Program-made: the position numbers and the translations under genes
Assembly (NCBI GenBank): GCA_003153015.1
Contig: PMBS01000138.1
Coordinates: forward strand, 55,482-116,419
Reading direction: 5' to 3'
Source: Myxococcales bacterium
GTDB taxonomy: Bacteria; Myxococcota_A; Polyangia; Fen-1088
DNA length: 60,938 bases
The notes under the pieces: generated by a model
Databases searched by the model: none
Told to the model about the DNA's origin: nothing
The model's input: only the letters and a program-made list of their open reading frames with translations
In this document: positions 1 through 9,158 of the stretch, piece by piece
How positions within the stretch are numbered: position 1 is the first letter of the stretch
Layout: every line of letters starts with the position of its first letter

Positions 1-1131
1 CCTGAAGAGCAAGGACCCGCCTCCCATGACTTTGAAGCTGGCAGTGTACTTCACCAGATAGGATGCCTCCCGCTCACAGTCGCCGCCGCTGGTGAGAGTG
101 CTGGATGCGCTATTGAAATAGTAGACGTCTTTGGAAGGGTCACCCGTGGAAGGACTGACGTGGAGCTCGTAGGTGTTCCACAAACTGGTGGCGTTGTACG
201 GCGTTCCGCCGGCATACCACCAGGCGTTGTAGCCGCTATCCTGGATGGTGGCGCTGTCGGTCGAGGGGCGCGTTCCGCCCTGATAGCAACGAGTCCCGAC
301 CACGCCACGTACCTCGATATTGACGGTGTACAGCTGGCCCGCGGTTCCCTTCACAGTGAAAGTCTTGTCCATATCGATGCCGCCGGAGGGACAGGTCGTG
401 CTCTGGCTGTCCGTCCAGCAGTTGTGGCCTCCGGGATTGAAGTTACCTTGGCAGGAGTCTTCCCAGTAGAAACCGACCAAGTCCGGGACGACATCGGCGG
501 GATTCACTGACATGCCGCCGCCCGCGCCGGTCGCGCCGCCCGCGGTGGTCACGCCGCCTGCGGTGGTCACGCCGCCTGCGGTGGTCACGCCGCCTGCGGT
601 GGTCACGCCACCCGCTCTGGTCACGCCGCCCGCGTTGGTCGCCCCGCCTGCAGTGGTCACGCCGCCGGTCCTGGTTGCGCCGCCCGCGTTGGTCGCCCCG
701 CCTGCAGTGGTCACGCCGCCGGAGCTAGTCGTGGTCCCGCCCGAGCTGGTCGTGGTCCCGCCCGAGCTGGTGGCGCCACCCGACCTCGTCGCGCCGCCCG
801 AGCCGGTCACGCCGCCCGCTCTGGTCGCGCCGCCCGACGGGGTCGCGCCACCCGTACCGGTCGCGCCGCCCGACGGGGTCGCGCCGCCCGAGTCGTTCAC
901 ACCTCCCGAGTTGGGCGTACCGCCGGTATCCGTGGCGGTGGTGCCGCCCGAGCTAGTCGTGGTGCCGCCAGAGTTGGTCGCGCCGCCCGAGGCGGTCGTA
1001 CCGCCCGAGCTGGTGGCGCCGCCTGAACTTGTGCCGCCATTGCCGCCCGGGTTGGTGGTTTCCTGGGTACAAGACGCCCCGACGAGCGCGAAGCCCGCAA
1101 CACAGAGCATTCGGAGAGTCGTTCGGTTCAT
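1..1131 (-). CDS. Secreted/lipoprotein-like protein. The C-terminal end runs off the window. Signal peptide + (GGxTxA)n linker + uncharacterised Cys/Trp/Tyr-rich domain.
   Basis: Absent from the supplied ORF track because it has no stop inside the window. Hand translation of the minus frame from ATG (revcomp of cat 1129-1131) gives MNRTTLRMLCVAGFALVGASCTQETTN..., then Gly/Thr/Ser/Ala hexapeptide repeats, then ...FYWEDSCQGNFNPGGHNCWTDSQ...NTYELHVSPSTGDPSKDVYYFNS.... The frame is open to base 1. The listed + ORF 512..1159 (PPAVVT repeats) is its antisense shadow. Confidence 0.7.
   Translation of the reverse strand, partial: MNRTTLRMLCVAGFALVGASCTQETTNPGGNGGTSSGGATSSGGTTASGGATNSGGTTTSSGGTTATDTGGTPNSGGVNDSGGATPSGGATGTGGATPSGGATRAGGVTGSGGATRSGGATSSGGTTTSSGGTTTSSGGVTTAGGATNAGGATRTGGVTTAGGATNAGGVTRAGGVTTAGGVTTAGGVTTAGGVTTAGGATGAGGGMSVNPADVVPDLVGFYWEDSCQGNFNPGGHNCWTDSQSTTCPSGGIDMDKTFTVKGTAGQLYTVNIEVRGVVGTRCYQGGTRPSTDSATIQDSGYNAWWYAGGTPYNATSLWNTYELHVSPSTGDPSKDVYYFNSASSTLTSGGDCEREASYLVKYTASFKVMGGGSLLFR
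535..606. repeat. Near-perfect 18-bp tandem repeat x4 (GCCGCCTGCGGTGGTCAC), encoding GGVTTA on the minus strand. It sits within a longer degenerate repeat tract of about 512..1030.
   Basis: Direct reading: units at 535, 553, 571 and 589, differing only at the first unit's 7th base. Confidence 0.9.
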
Positions 1132-1551
1132 CACATGCCTCCTCGGATATGTTGTCTAGGCCTCGCCGGGCGAAGATCCCTGCGACGCATCTTATTCTTG
1201 AGTTGGTGCCAACATGCAACCGGCCTCCTTGGTGGAGGCCCAAAAAAAGTATATATCAAACGTCATGCAACGGTTAACCAAAGCAGACTATGCCGGGAGC
1301 CCCTGACGAGCAAGCGGCTTCGCTGTACGCTGCGGCATTGCTTCGCTGCGTCTACGTCCGTGATTGGTCGGCATGCGCCGGCGCGACGCTGAAATCCAGT
1401 CCACACCTCAACCCATGAACGTCCGCATGTGGACATGCGATTCGGCCTTCTTTTCGTGTATCATGAGCGTTTATCCGAGGCCGAGATTGGTGCTAAGCGA
1501 AGGAGAAGGCTTCGGCGTGAATGCTTTCCAGAAACATAGTGAGGATGACTC

Positions 1552-3363
1552 ATGACCATGACTTCTTTTCGAACCCACTGGCCTCGGGCGTTCTTTCTTG
1601 GCGCGGCCGTCACGTTTGCGGCATGCGCGAACGGGACTCCCGGCGGACAGGGCGGGAGCAGCAGCGGGGGCGCTAGCTCGGCTCCGGCCAGCTCGGGCGG
1701 CGCGAAGAGCGGCGGCACCACAGCCAGCTCGGGCGGCGCGAATAGCGGGAGCGCTCCGGCTAGTATGGGTGGCTCGACCGCCAACGGCGGCTCGACGGCC
1801 AGCAACGGGGGTGCGACCAGCGCGGGTGGCGCGACCAGCGCCGGCGGCGCGACCAGGGCGGGCGGCGCGACCAGTGCGGGCGGCGCGACCAGCGCGGGCG
1901 GTGCGACCAGTTCGGGCGGAACAACCACGATGGGCGGTTCCACCGCCGCCGGTGGCAGCATAGGCGGCACGACCAGCTCGGGCGGAACGAGCAACACGGG
2001 CGGGACAACCAGGACGGGCGGTTCCACGGCAACCGGTGGCAGCTCGGGCGGCGCGACCAGCACGGGCGGGAGGACAGGCGGCGCTACCGCAACCGGTGGC
2101 AGCTCGGGCGGCACGACCAGCACGGGCGGTGCGAGCAGCACGGGCGGCAGCGTGACAGTGGTGGGCCTGCCGGCAAAATCGGCGGTCCTGGCGTCCATGC
2201 AATCGGCAAATACCTGGTTCATGACCAAGCATCCTGATCAATCAGGAAGCTTCACCGTCAATGGCACGAGCAGACTCACCACGCTTTGGACCCGGGCTAC
2301 CTACTTCGAAGGGCTCATGGCGCTCTACAACGTGGAAACCGACGCCACCAAGAAGGCCAGCTACAAAACCTACGCGGTGAACTGGGGTACCTCGCACAAT
2401 TGGGCCCTGTACAGCACTCCCAACACCAACGCGGACAATCAGGCCTGCGGCCAGGTCTATATCGAGCTTTACAACATCGACAAGCAGGCCAACTACATCA
2501 CGGCCATCAAGGCCGGCATCGACGCCATGGTTTCGAGCCCGCCCACGGGTACGAATGGGTGGTGGTGGATCGACGCCATCCACATGTCTATGCCGAGTTT
2601 CGCGAAGTTGGGGGTCCTCTATCCCACTGGTGGCTACTACGACGCCATGTGGACCATGTACAACCAGGCCCGCAGCACGCAAGGCGGGGGTCTGTGGAAC
2701 GCGACCGATGGGCTCTGGTTCCGCGACTTGCACTACACGCCAAGCGGCGGCACCAAGACGCCGATGACGGCAGCCATCCACAACAACCTGACCAACGGCA
2801 CGCCGGACAAGAGCACCGACGCCTATTACACCGCCCCGAATGGCAAGGGCCTCTACTGGTCGCGCGGCAACGGGTGGGTTACGGCAGCTCTTGTGCGGGT
2901 TCTCGACATCCTGCCCACCACTGATTCGCATCGGGCCACCTACGTTGCGGATTTCCAGGCCCAAATGAAGGCGCTGATCGCCCTCCAGCGCACCGACGGC
3001 GCCTGGAACGAAAGCCTCATGGATCCCACCCACTGCGCGAGCATCGGCCTGGACGGTGACGACGGTCCGGAAACCAGCGGAACGGATTTCTTCGTCTACG
3101 GCCTGGCCTGGGGCATTCGCAAGGGGGTGCTCGACTCGGCGACCTACAGCGCGCCCATGCAGAATGGGTGGGGCTGGCTCTCCGGCACTGCGCTTCAGTC
3201 GAGCGGCCTGCTCGGCTACACGCAGTCGACAGGCGATCGGCCATGCACCGAGGATCCCTCGGCCGCCGGGCGCTTGAGTAATACCCGGCTCGCCAACTTC
3301 GACGACTACGGGGTCGGGGGCTTCCTGCTCGCCGGCAGCGAGGTTTACCAACTCGCGAACTGA
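1552..3363 (+). CDS. Glycoside hydrolase family 88/105-like (unsaturated glucuronyl/rhamnogalacturonyl hydrolase) lipoprotein with a Gly/Ser/Thr linker.
   Basis: GAGGA lies 6 nt upstream of the ATG. N-terminus MTMTSFRTHWPRAFFLGAAVTFAACANG has a signal peptide and lipobox-like Cys. (GGATSA)n linker. Catalytic-domain motifs typical of YteR/UGL-type enzymes: WWWIDAIHMSMPSFAKLG, LYWSRGNGWVTAALVRVLDILP, LQRTDGAWNESL, ETSGTDFFVYGLAWG. Confidence 0.85.
   Translation: MTMTSFRTHWPRAFFLGAAVTFAACANGTPGGQGGSSSGGASSAPASSGGAKSGGTTASSGGANSGSAPASMGGSTANGGSTASNGGATSAGGATSAGGATRAGGATSAGGATSAGGATSSGGTTTMGGSTAAGGSIGGTTSSGGTSNTGGTTRTGGSTATGGSSGGATSTGGRTGGATATGGSSGGTTSTGGASSTGGSVTVVGLPAKSAVLASMQSANTWFMTKHPDQSGSFTVNGTSRLTTLWTRATYFEGLMALYNVETDATKKASYKTYAVNWGTSHNWALYSTPNTNADNQACGQVYIELYNIDKQANYITAIKAGIDAMVSSPPTGTNGWWWIDAIHMSMPSFAKLGVLYPTGGYYDAMWTMYNQARSTQGGGLWNATDGLWFRDLHYTPSGGTKTPMTAAIHNNLTNGTPDKSTDAYYTAPNGKGLYWSRGNGWVTAALVRVLDILPTTDSHRATYVADFQAQMKALIALQRTDGAWNESLMDPTHCASIGLDGDDGPETSGTDFFVYGLAWGIRKGVLDSATYSAPMQNGWGWLSGTALQSSGLLGYTQSTGDRPCTEDPSAAGRLSNTRLANFDDYGVGGFLLAGSEVYQLAN
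1807..1914. repeat. 18-bp tandem repeat x6 encoding GGATSA within the GH88/105 linker.
   Basis: Protein reads GGATSAGGATSAGGATRAGGATSAGGATSAGGATSSGG. The nucleotide units GGCGGCGCGACCAGYGCG repeat head to tail. Confidence 0.85.
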
Positions 3364-3429
3364 GACATCTGCGGCGGCCGCCGGGGCGACCGTTGATGGC
3401 CTGCACCCCGAAGAACACCTGCGTTCCGG

Positions 3430-3609
3430 TTACCACGCAGTGGCCACCGGATACTGCGAAACCAGCGGATCGGGGGTCAGCAGGGTCAGTCCGCCGATGA
3501 TGGCCTGGCAGATCAGCATTCGATCGAATGGGTCCTTGTGACCATCAAAGTGTCGGTTTGCAAACAGGACGCCGCCCCCCGCACGCCGCGTCTCCAGAAT
3601 CGAAGGCAT
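3430..3609 (-). pseudogene. Remnant of a PIN-domain (VapC-like) toxin gene. Only the C-terminal ~40 aa are recognisable.
   Basis: Hand translation of the minus frame gives MPSILETRRAGGGVLFANRHFDGHKDPFDRMLICQAIIGGLTLLTPDPLVSQYPVATAW*, with stop TAA = tta 3430-3432. The H-x-DPFDR-x-L-I-x-QA...LLT.D....Y block is the conserved C-terminal signature of PIN/VapC toxins. The same frame hits TGA about 35 codons upstream of the M, and the upstream text is not PIN-like. At 59 aa it falls just under the track cut-off. Confidence 0.5.
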
Positions 3610-3737
3610 GGGGTGCGGCGCGGCCGTAATGCGAGTACCATGTGTCTCGGGGGTGCCGCCATGTGGCTTTTCCCGCTGGGAGCGTTCACGTCCGAGTTCA
3701 GGTCCGGGTCAGTCTCGTGTTCCACGGGGATGGCACT

Positions 3738-6347
3738 ATGCCGAGTCCGCTGACCATCCTGCTCATCGCGATCGCGGCGGTCTTTTGCCACAACGGGTTG
3801 AACTACGCGCTCTCGCTGACCGGCCGGCGCAAGGATCCGCTCCGGGCCCTCTTTGGCATCCTGTGTCTGCTGGGCGCCGGCTATGCCCTGGCCTGCCTGG
3901 CGGGGTACCGCGCAGTCGACTTGTCTGCGTGCCTATACGCGGCCAGGTGGCAGACGGGTTCTTCGCGTTTGATCACCATGGTGCTGCCCTGGTTCGTCGG
4001 TTTCTACTCCGATTTCCGTCCCAAGCGCTTCCTCGCTGCTCTCTCCGCAGCTTTCCTTTCCCTCGGGGTGGCTGATCTTCTCTCGGATCACGGGCTTCTC
4101 TTTTCGAACATCAGCGGGTTGGTCCACCACGAGACCCCCTGGGGGGAACAGCTCTCCTCGGTCGCCGGCAAGGTCTCGCTCGTCACTTACCTGGCCTACG
4201 CGACCGACCTGGTGACCATCGGGTTCTGTGCCGTGTGTGGCCAGCGGCTGCTGAGGCGCGGAGATGGGAGCCGTGCATGGCCGCTTCTGGGGCTGGTGGG
4301 CTTCGCAGTGGTGGCTTTTGTCAACGACACCCTGCTTGACGCGGGCCGGATCCGCAGCGTGTATCTGGAGGAGTACGTGATTTTTGCGTTTCTCCTGGTC
4401 ATCGGTATCTGGTTGGGCGCGCGACGTATTCGCGCTGAAAGCAACTACCAAACCCTGTTTCACGCCGTGAGCGACGCCATCACAGTCCATGACGCCCGCA
4501 CCGGCCAGATTCTCGACGCCAACCAAAGCGCGGCGCGCCTGTTTCACACGACCCGCGAGGACGTGCTCGCCGGCGATCCGAGCCGCGGGGTTGCCGGGGT
4601 AGCTCCCTTTCTGCCTTCGGTGGCGCTCGAGCAAATTCGCGGCGCCGCCAGCGGAGGTCCCGCGACCTTCGAGTGGTTGAGCCGGCACCTCGATGATGGT
4701 TCCCGGTTCTGGACCGAGATTGCGCTGCGCTCGGAGGTGATTGACGGACGTCGTGTCGTCCTGGCAACCACGCGCGACATCAGCGGGCGCAAGCGATCCC
4801 AGGAGGCTTTGCAGGATAGCGAATCCCGCTACCGCGCCATCGTGGAAGGCTTCGACGGGTTTATCTACATCTGCTCGCCCGACTACAAGATCGAGTTCAT
4901 GAACGCCAAGTTGATCGCGAGCACGGGCCGGGACGCCACCGGAGAAATCTGCCACAAGGCCCTGCACGACTTGGATGAGCCGTGTCCCTGGTGCGTGAAC
5001 AATCGGGTGCAGCGGGGCGAAACTGTGCGCTGGCGGCTGCAAGGGCCGAAAGACAACCGCTGGTACGACATTGTCAACACGCCCATCCCGCGCGCCGAGG
5101 GCAGCATCTCCCGGCAGGCGATGATCACCGACATCACCGAGCAGAGGAAGGCCGAGGAAGACCACCGCCAGTTTGAGGTGCAGATGCAGCAGATGCAGAA
5201 GCTGGAGAGTCTCGGTTTGCTGGCCGGCGGGGTCGCCCATGACTTCAACAACCTGCTCACCGCGGTGTTGGGTAACGCCGAGCTGGCGCTCAAGGATCTG
5301 CCCGCGTCTGCGCCGGCGCGCGAACCGCTGGGCGAGATCCGCACCATCGCCTGTCGGGCCGCGGATCTGTGCCGGCAGCTCTTGGCCTACTCAGGCCACG
5401 GCGGCTCTGTCAGCGAGCCGATTGCGCCCCGACACATCGTCGAAGAGATCTCCCGCATCCTGGAGGTCTCGGTGGCGGCGAAAGTGCGCCTGGTCTTTCG
5501 CTTCGCCGAGGATTTGCCCTTGATCATGGGCGATCCGACCCAGATCCGGCAGGTGGTGATGAACCTCATCACCAATGCCTCCGAGGCCATCGGCAACCAG
5601 GAGGGCGTGATCACGCTTAGCCTGAGCAAACGTCTGATCGAGGCCCGCGACTTGCGCGACTTCGTGGCCCACAGCGATGTGGCCGAGGGAACCTATGTCG
5701 AGCTGACGGTGACCGATACCGGCTGTGGCATGGACGAGGCCACGCGCAGCCGCGTGTTCGAACCGTTTTTCTCCACCAAGTTCGCCGAGCGCGGGCTGGG
5801 TATGGCCGCGGTGCTGGGTATCGTGCGAGGTCACAAGGGGGCCATCCGCATGGCCAGCGAGCTGGGCGAGGGCACGAGCGTGACAGTGCTGCTTCCCGCG
5901 GCTGGCTCCGAGGTCAGCCTGCCCCGCGAGCCAGCCGCGACCAGCCCCGTGGCACGACCCGCGAACGCTGCGGTGTTGGTGGTGGACGATAACGCGCGTG
6001 TGCTGCAGGCGGTTTCACAACTGGTCGGGGCGCTGGGCTACCTAGTGATGACCGCTGCCAGCGGCCGGGAAGCTCTGGCCGTCTTTGGCGAACGTCACGC
6101 CCAGATCGGGTGTGTGCTGCTCGACCTCACCATGCCCGACATGGACGGGCTGGAAACCATGCAGGCCCTTCGCGCCGTGGATCCCAAGGCGAGGATCGTG
6201 CTGTCGAGCGGGTACAGCGAGCAGTCGGTGCGGCGCCGGATGAGCGGCGACAGCTCCACCGGGTTTCTGCAGAAGCCATTCGTCGAGGACGATCTGAAGG
6301 CGGCGATCGAATCGGCCATGCGCGCGAGCGGCGATGCAGGCGAATGA
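3738..6347 (+). CDS. Hybrid sensor histidine kinase: N-terminal multi-TM sensor region, PAS domains, HisKA, HATPase_c and a C-terminal receiver domain.
   Basis: ORF 3642..6347. ATG 3738 (MPSPLTILLIAIAAVF...) starts the first TM helix. PAS-like region includes ESRYRAIVEGFDGFIYICSPD. H-box LAGGVAHDFNNLLTAVLGNAEL. N/G boxes QVVMNLITNASEAI, DTGCGMD, GLGMAAVLGIV. Receiver: VLVVDDN...LLDLTMPDMDG...LSSGY...KPF. Confidence 0.9.
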   Translation: MPSPLTILLIAIAAVFCHNGLNYALSLTGRRKDPLRALFGILCLLGAGYALACLAGYRAVDLSACLYAARWQTGSSRLITMVLPWFVGFYSDFRPKRFLAALSAAFLSLGVADLLSDHGLLFSNISGLVHHETPWGEQLSSVAGKVSLVTYLAYATDLVTIGFCAVCGQRLLRRGDGSRAWPLLGLVGFAVVAFVNDTLLDAGRIRSVYLEEYVIFAFLLVIGIWLGARRIRAESNYQTLFHAVSDAITVHDARTGQILDANQSAARLFHTTREDVLAGDPSRGVAGVAPFLPSVALEQIRGAASGGPATFEWLSRHLDDGSRFWTEIALRSEVIDGRRVVLATTRDISGRKRSQEALQDSESRYRAIVEGFDGFIYICSPDYKIEFMNAKLIASTGRDATGEICHKALHDLDEPCPWCVNNRVQRGETVRWRLQGPKDNRWYDIVNTPIPRAEGSISRQAMITDITEQRKAEEDHRQFEVQMQQMQKLESLGLLAGGVAHDFNNLLTAVLGNAELALKDLPASAPAREPLGEIRTIACRAADLCRQLLAYSGHGGSVSEPIAPRHIVEEISRILEVSVAAKVRLVFRFAEDLPLIMGDPTQIRQVVMNLITNASEAIGNQEGVITLSLSKRLIEARDLRDFVAHSDVAEGTYVELTVTDTGCGMDEATRSRVFEPFFSTKFAERGLGMAAVLGIVRGHKGAIRMASELGEGTSVTVLLPAAGSEVSLPREPAATSPVARPANAAVLVVDDNARVLQAVSQLVGALGYLVMTAASGREALAVFGERHAQIGCVLLDLTMPDMDGLETMQALRAVDPKARIVLSSGYSEQSVRRRMSGDSSTGFLQKPFVEDDLKAAIESAMRASGDAGE

Positions 6348-6431
6348 CGTGATACACTGAACCACTCTTCGTGGGGGCCGCTTTGCGCCCTTCCGTCTTG
6401 GTTATCGGTCTTCACTGCCTTGCTGTAGCTA

Positions 6432-8042
6432 TCAGTCTCCTACGGCTCTGAACTTGCTACTGGAATCCCCATCTGCCGGACCGATCCTCTTGCCCTTAGC
6501 TCGACCGGGCGAGGCGACATGCTCCTTCGGCATGGCAACGCTCGCGGCCTTGTCCGGGTCCAGCGTGAAGACCACGGTTCTGCTCTTGCTGGCATCGACG
6601 AGCACACTCTTGTTCTGGTACCCTGCCGCCTTCAACACTGCCGGAATCGGCGTGTCCGAACGCAGCAGCAGCACTTTCTGCGGGGTATTTCCCCGAGGCG
6701 AGGTTTCTTTGTCCAGCCAGATTTCCGCGGTGGGGGTGCTGACGATCTCGACCTCGACTCGGGCGGGTGGGGTAGCAACCGGCTCCGGCGCCGCGGGCTC
6801 CCGCGCGGTAGGCGTCGACGGCGCGATCACGGTGCGTGGGCGCATGACCGAATAGACCGCGAAGACAACTAGAAAAAGCGCCAGCGGCAAGACAAGCAAG
6901 AGAATCCATTTCCCCTTGGGGGACGTGATCGCAGTCGTGCTGCTAGCGAAGGCAGGCGGACCAGCATATTCCTTGCTCACCGGCGTCCTGGTCTCCACCG
7001 GAGGAACAGAGGTTCTTAAGGAAAGATGTTCGATCGGGGTTGGCGGAGGGGTCCGCCCCAGCAGCGCGGCATCCCCAGGCAGCGCAACCGGCGGCGGCGT
7101 GGGCGCGTCGAACACCGGGAAACCGGCCGGCCGATCCAGCAGCGCACTGAAATCGGGTTTGTGCGCACCCAAGAACGATTCCATGGCCGCGACGACTGCG
7201 GCCATGGAGGGGACTCTCGCAGCCGGCTCTTTGGCCAACATTCGTCCCACCAGGACATCAAGTTCGGGCGGAGTGTCCGGGACCAAAGAGGACAATGCCG
7301 GGGCTGGCTGGGCAATGTGCGCAACCAGAATGTCGCCAGGCGCCTCCATGGGAAACGGTGGCCGGCCAGCGACCATCTCGAACAGGACGCAACCCAACGA
7401 GTAGATATCGGTGGTGTGATTGATGGTCGAGACGCCCCGGCACTGCTCGGGCGACATGTAGAGCGGTGTCCCGATAAGGCTACCGGTCCGCGTGAGGGTC
7501 GAGCCACGCTCGCCGCTCGACAGCAGCTTGGCGATGCCGAAGTCCAGGACCTTGACGCTGAGACGATCCGGCTGGTAGCGCGGCACCGTGAGAAACATGT
7601 TGTCCGGCTTCAGATCGCGATGAACGATGCCGTTGTCGTGCGCCGCCTGCAGGGCGTCCGCCACCATCCCGGTCATTGCGGCAATCGAACGGAAATTGGG
7701 CGCCAAGCTGCCCACCCGGTCGAGACAAGTTCGCAGACTCTCGCCCGTGAGAAACTCCATGACGAGGTAGGCGCGACCATTGGGCAAGGTATCGCAGTCG
7801 AAGACCTCGACGATATTGGGATGACGCAACTGTGCGGTGGCCCGCGCTTCGTTGAAGAAGCGCATGACGATCGACTCGTCCATCGAGATCTCGGGCAGCA
7901 AGACCTTGATCGCTGCCTCCCTGGCCAGAACGCGATGGCGGGCCAGGTAGACCTCACCCATCCCACCCGCACCCAACCTGCGCACCACGGTGTAGGGGCC
8001 GATGGACTCGCCGACCGGAATCTGAAGGGCCAAGTTGGACAT
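6432..8042 (-). CDS. Hanks-type Ser/Thr protein kinase with a single TM helix and an extracytoplasmic C-terminal domain.
   Basis: GAGGMGEVYLA...AIKVL (Gly loop and Lys), HRDLKPDNMF (catalytic loop), DFGIAK, GTPLYMSPEQ. TM helix WILLLVLPLALFLVVFAVYSV. C-terminal PEGA-like beta region VEVEIVSTPTAEIWLD. Confidence 0.9.
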   Translation of the reverse strand: MSNLALQIPVGESIGPYTVVRRLGAGGMGEVYLARHRVLAREAAIKVLLPEISMDESIVMRFFNEARATAQLRHPNIVEVFDCDTLPNGRAYLVMEFLTGESLRTCLDRVGSLAPNFRSIAAMTGMVADALQAAHDNGIVHRDLKPDNMFLTVPRYQPDRLSVKVLDFGIAKLLSSGERGSTLTRTGSLIGTPLYMSPEQCRGVSTINHTTDIYSLGCVLFEMVAGRPPFPMEAPGDILVAHIAQPAPALSSLVPDTPPELDVLVGRMLAKEPAARVPSMAAVVAAMESFLGAHKPDFSALLDRPAGFPVFDAPTPPPVALPGDAALLGRTPPPTPIEHLSLRTSVPPVETRTPVSKEYAGPPAFASSTTAITSPKGKWILLLVLPLALFLVVFAVYSVMRPRTVIAPSTPTAREPAAPEPVATPPARVEVEIVSTPTAEIWLDKETSPRGNTPQKVLLLRSDTPIPAVLKAAGYQNKSVLVDASKSRTVVFTLDPDKAASVAMPKEHVASPGRAKGKRIGPADGDSSSKFRAVGD

Positions 8043-8063
8043 GGCTAGTGGGCGCCTGAGGCG

Positions 8064-8873
8064 CTACAGCCTCCCGGCCAGCGCAATGCCCGTCATGCCG
8101 GGCGCAAGCAGGGGAACCAGCGAGACGGTCTGGCTGGGGCCATGGGCGGTCGCCCCGACAATGTAGAGAACGATTCCGGTTCCCAGCACCGCCCCGCCCA
8201 CGCCTAGGGAAACATACTCCAGGGTTTGGAAGGTATTGGCTGAGTCGTCCTTGCTTTTGTCGTAGGTTCTGCGGCGCGCGTCGTTGTACAGGCTGTTGGA
8301 ATGCACGCCGAAGACGATCCCGCTCCCGATTCCAGCCAGACCCACGCCGCCCAACACAACCCCGGCTATGCGCATGCCGTGGCCAGGACTCGCTGGGACT
8401 TTCTCGGGCGCAGGCGCTGGTTGGACCAGCACTGGGGCGGCCGCCACCGGGGCAGGCGGGGTCGGCACTAGCGGGGGAGGTTGAACCGCCGGAGCCACGG
8501 CGCGCTCTTTCTCCTCGGCGAGCAACTTCTCCATGTCTTTGATTCGCTTCTCAACCTCGTCGCGGTTCTTGGCCCGGGGTTCGGCCTCCAGGTAGCGGCG
8601 GTAGAAAAACATTGCGCGCTCGGGGTTCTTGTTTTGCCGGTGCGACTGCGCGATGTTGTAAAGAAAGATCGGCTCCGGCTTGAGGTCGTAGGCCTTCTCG
8701 AACTCCTCGATGGCCTCGGGAAAGTGGCCGAGGGTGTAGTGTTTCATCCCTTGGTTGTAGTGGGCCTCCACCGCCTGTTTGCGCCGCGGTTCTGCCGCAC
8801 CCTGTCGGGCGCACAGCAGAAGCGCGACAAGCGTCGCGAGAACGATGCACAAAGGCCGAGGCGATGCTCGCAT
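8064..8873 (-). CDS. Signal peptide + TPR repeats + Pro-rich linker + C-terminal Gly-rich membrane anchor. Paralog of 35636..36706.
   Basis: MRASPRPLCIVLATLVALLLCARQGAA. TPR-like AIEEFEKAYDLKPEPIFLYNIAQSHRQNKNPERAMFFYRRYLE. Pro-rich PPPLVPTPPAPVAAAP. GVVLGGVGLAGIGSGIVFGV and GVGGAVLGTGIVLYIV hydrophobic segments. Lies 21 bp upstream of the kinase gene on the same strand. Confidence 0.75.
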   Translation of the reverse strand: MRASPRPLCIVLATLVALLLCARQGAAEPRRKQAVEAHYNQGMKHYTLGHFPEAIEEFEKAYDLKPEPIFLYNIAQSHRQNKNPERAMFFYRRYLEAEPRAKNRDEVEKRIKDMEKLLAEEKERAVAPAVQPPPLVPTPPAPVAAAPVLVQPAPAPEKVPASPGHGMRIAGVVLGGVGLAGIGSGIVFGVHSNSLYNDARRRTYDKSKDDSANTFQTLEYVSLGVGGAVLGTGIVLYIVGATAHGPSQTVSLVPLLAPGMTGIALAGRL

Positions 8874-9158
8874 GAGACTAGTGACGAGAAGTCTTGTCGC
8901 CCGAGTGTATCATGTCAAGGGTCTCTCCGACGGATCTGAGTGGGCCTGTGATGCCGGGCACCGGCCTCCCGCTGGCCGGGTTCAGCATCCACGCGAACGC
9001 CAGGAGATGAGAACCGATCCTTCCGCCTGCGCGGTCCAGTGCTGGCTTGCTGGTCAGTCCGCACGACCTGGCTGCGGGAGGTCCGGATCGCGGGCAGGTC
9101 ACCTCGGACGTTCCTGTCGGTGCACGAGAACGACCCTGCGGTGGCCGCGGGGGTACGC

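Noticed and set aside
512-1159. 215-aa + ORF of PPAVVT/PPELV repeats. The minus-strand ORFs 1461..2228 and 1471..2241 are similar.
   Set aside because: These are antisense or alternate-frame shadows of the Gly/Thr/Ser-linker regions of the real genes (1..1131 minus; 1552..3363 plus). They have no signal, no domain and purely repeat-driven open frames.
1222-1240. Hairpin GGCCTCC-TTGGT-GGAGGCC next to an A7 tract, considered as a Rho-independent terminator.
   Set aside because: It sits between two divergent gene starts, so there is nothing to terminate. On the plus strand it is followed by A residues, and on the minus strand the T-run precedes the stem. It is more likely promoter-region structure.
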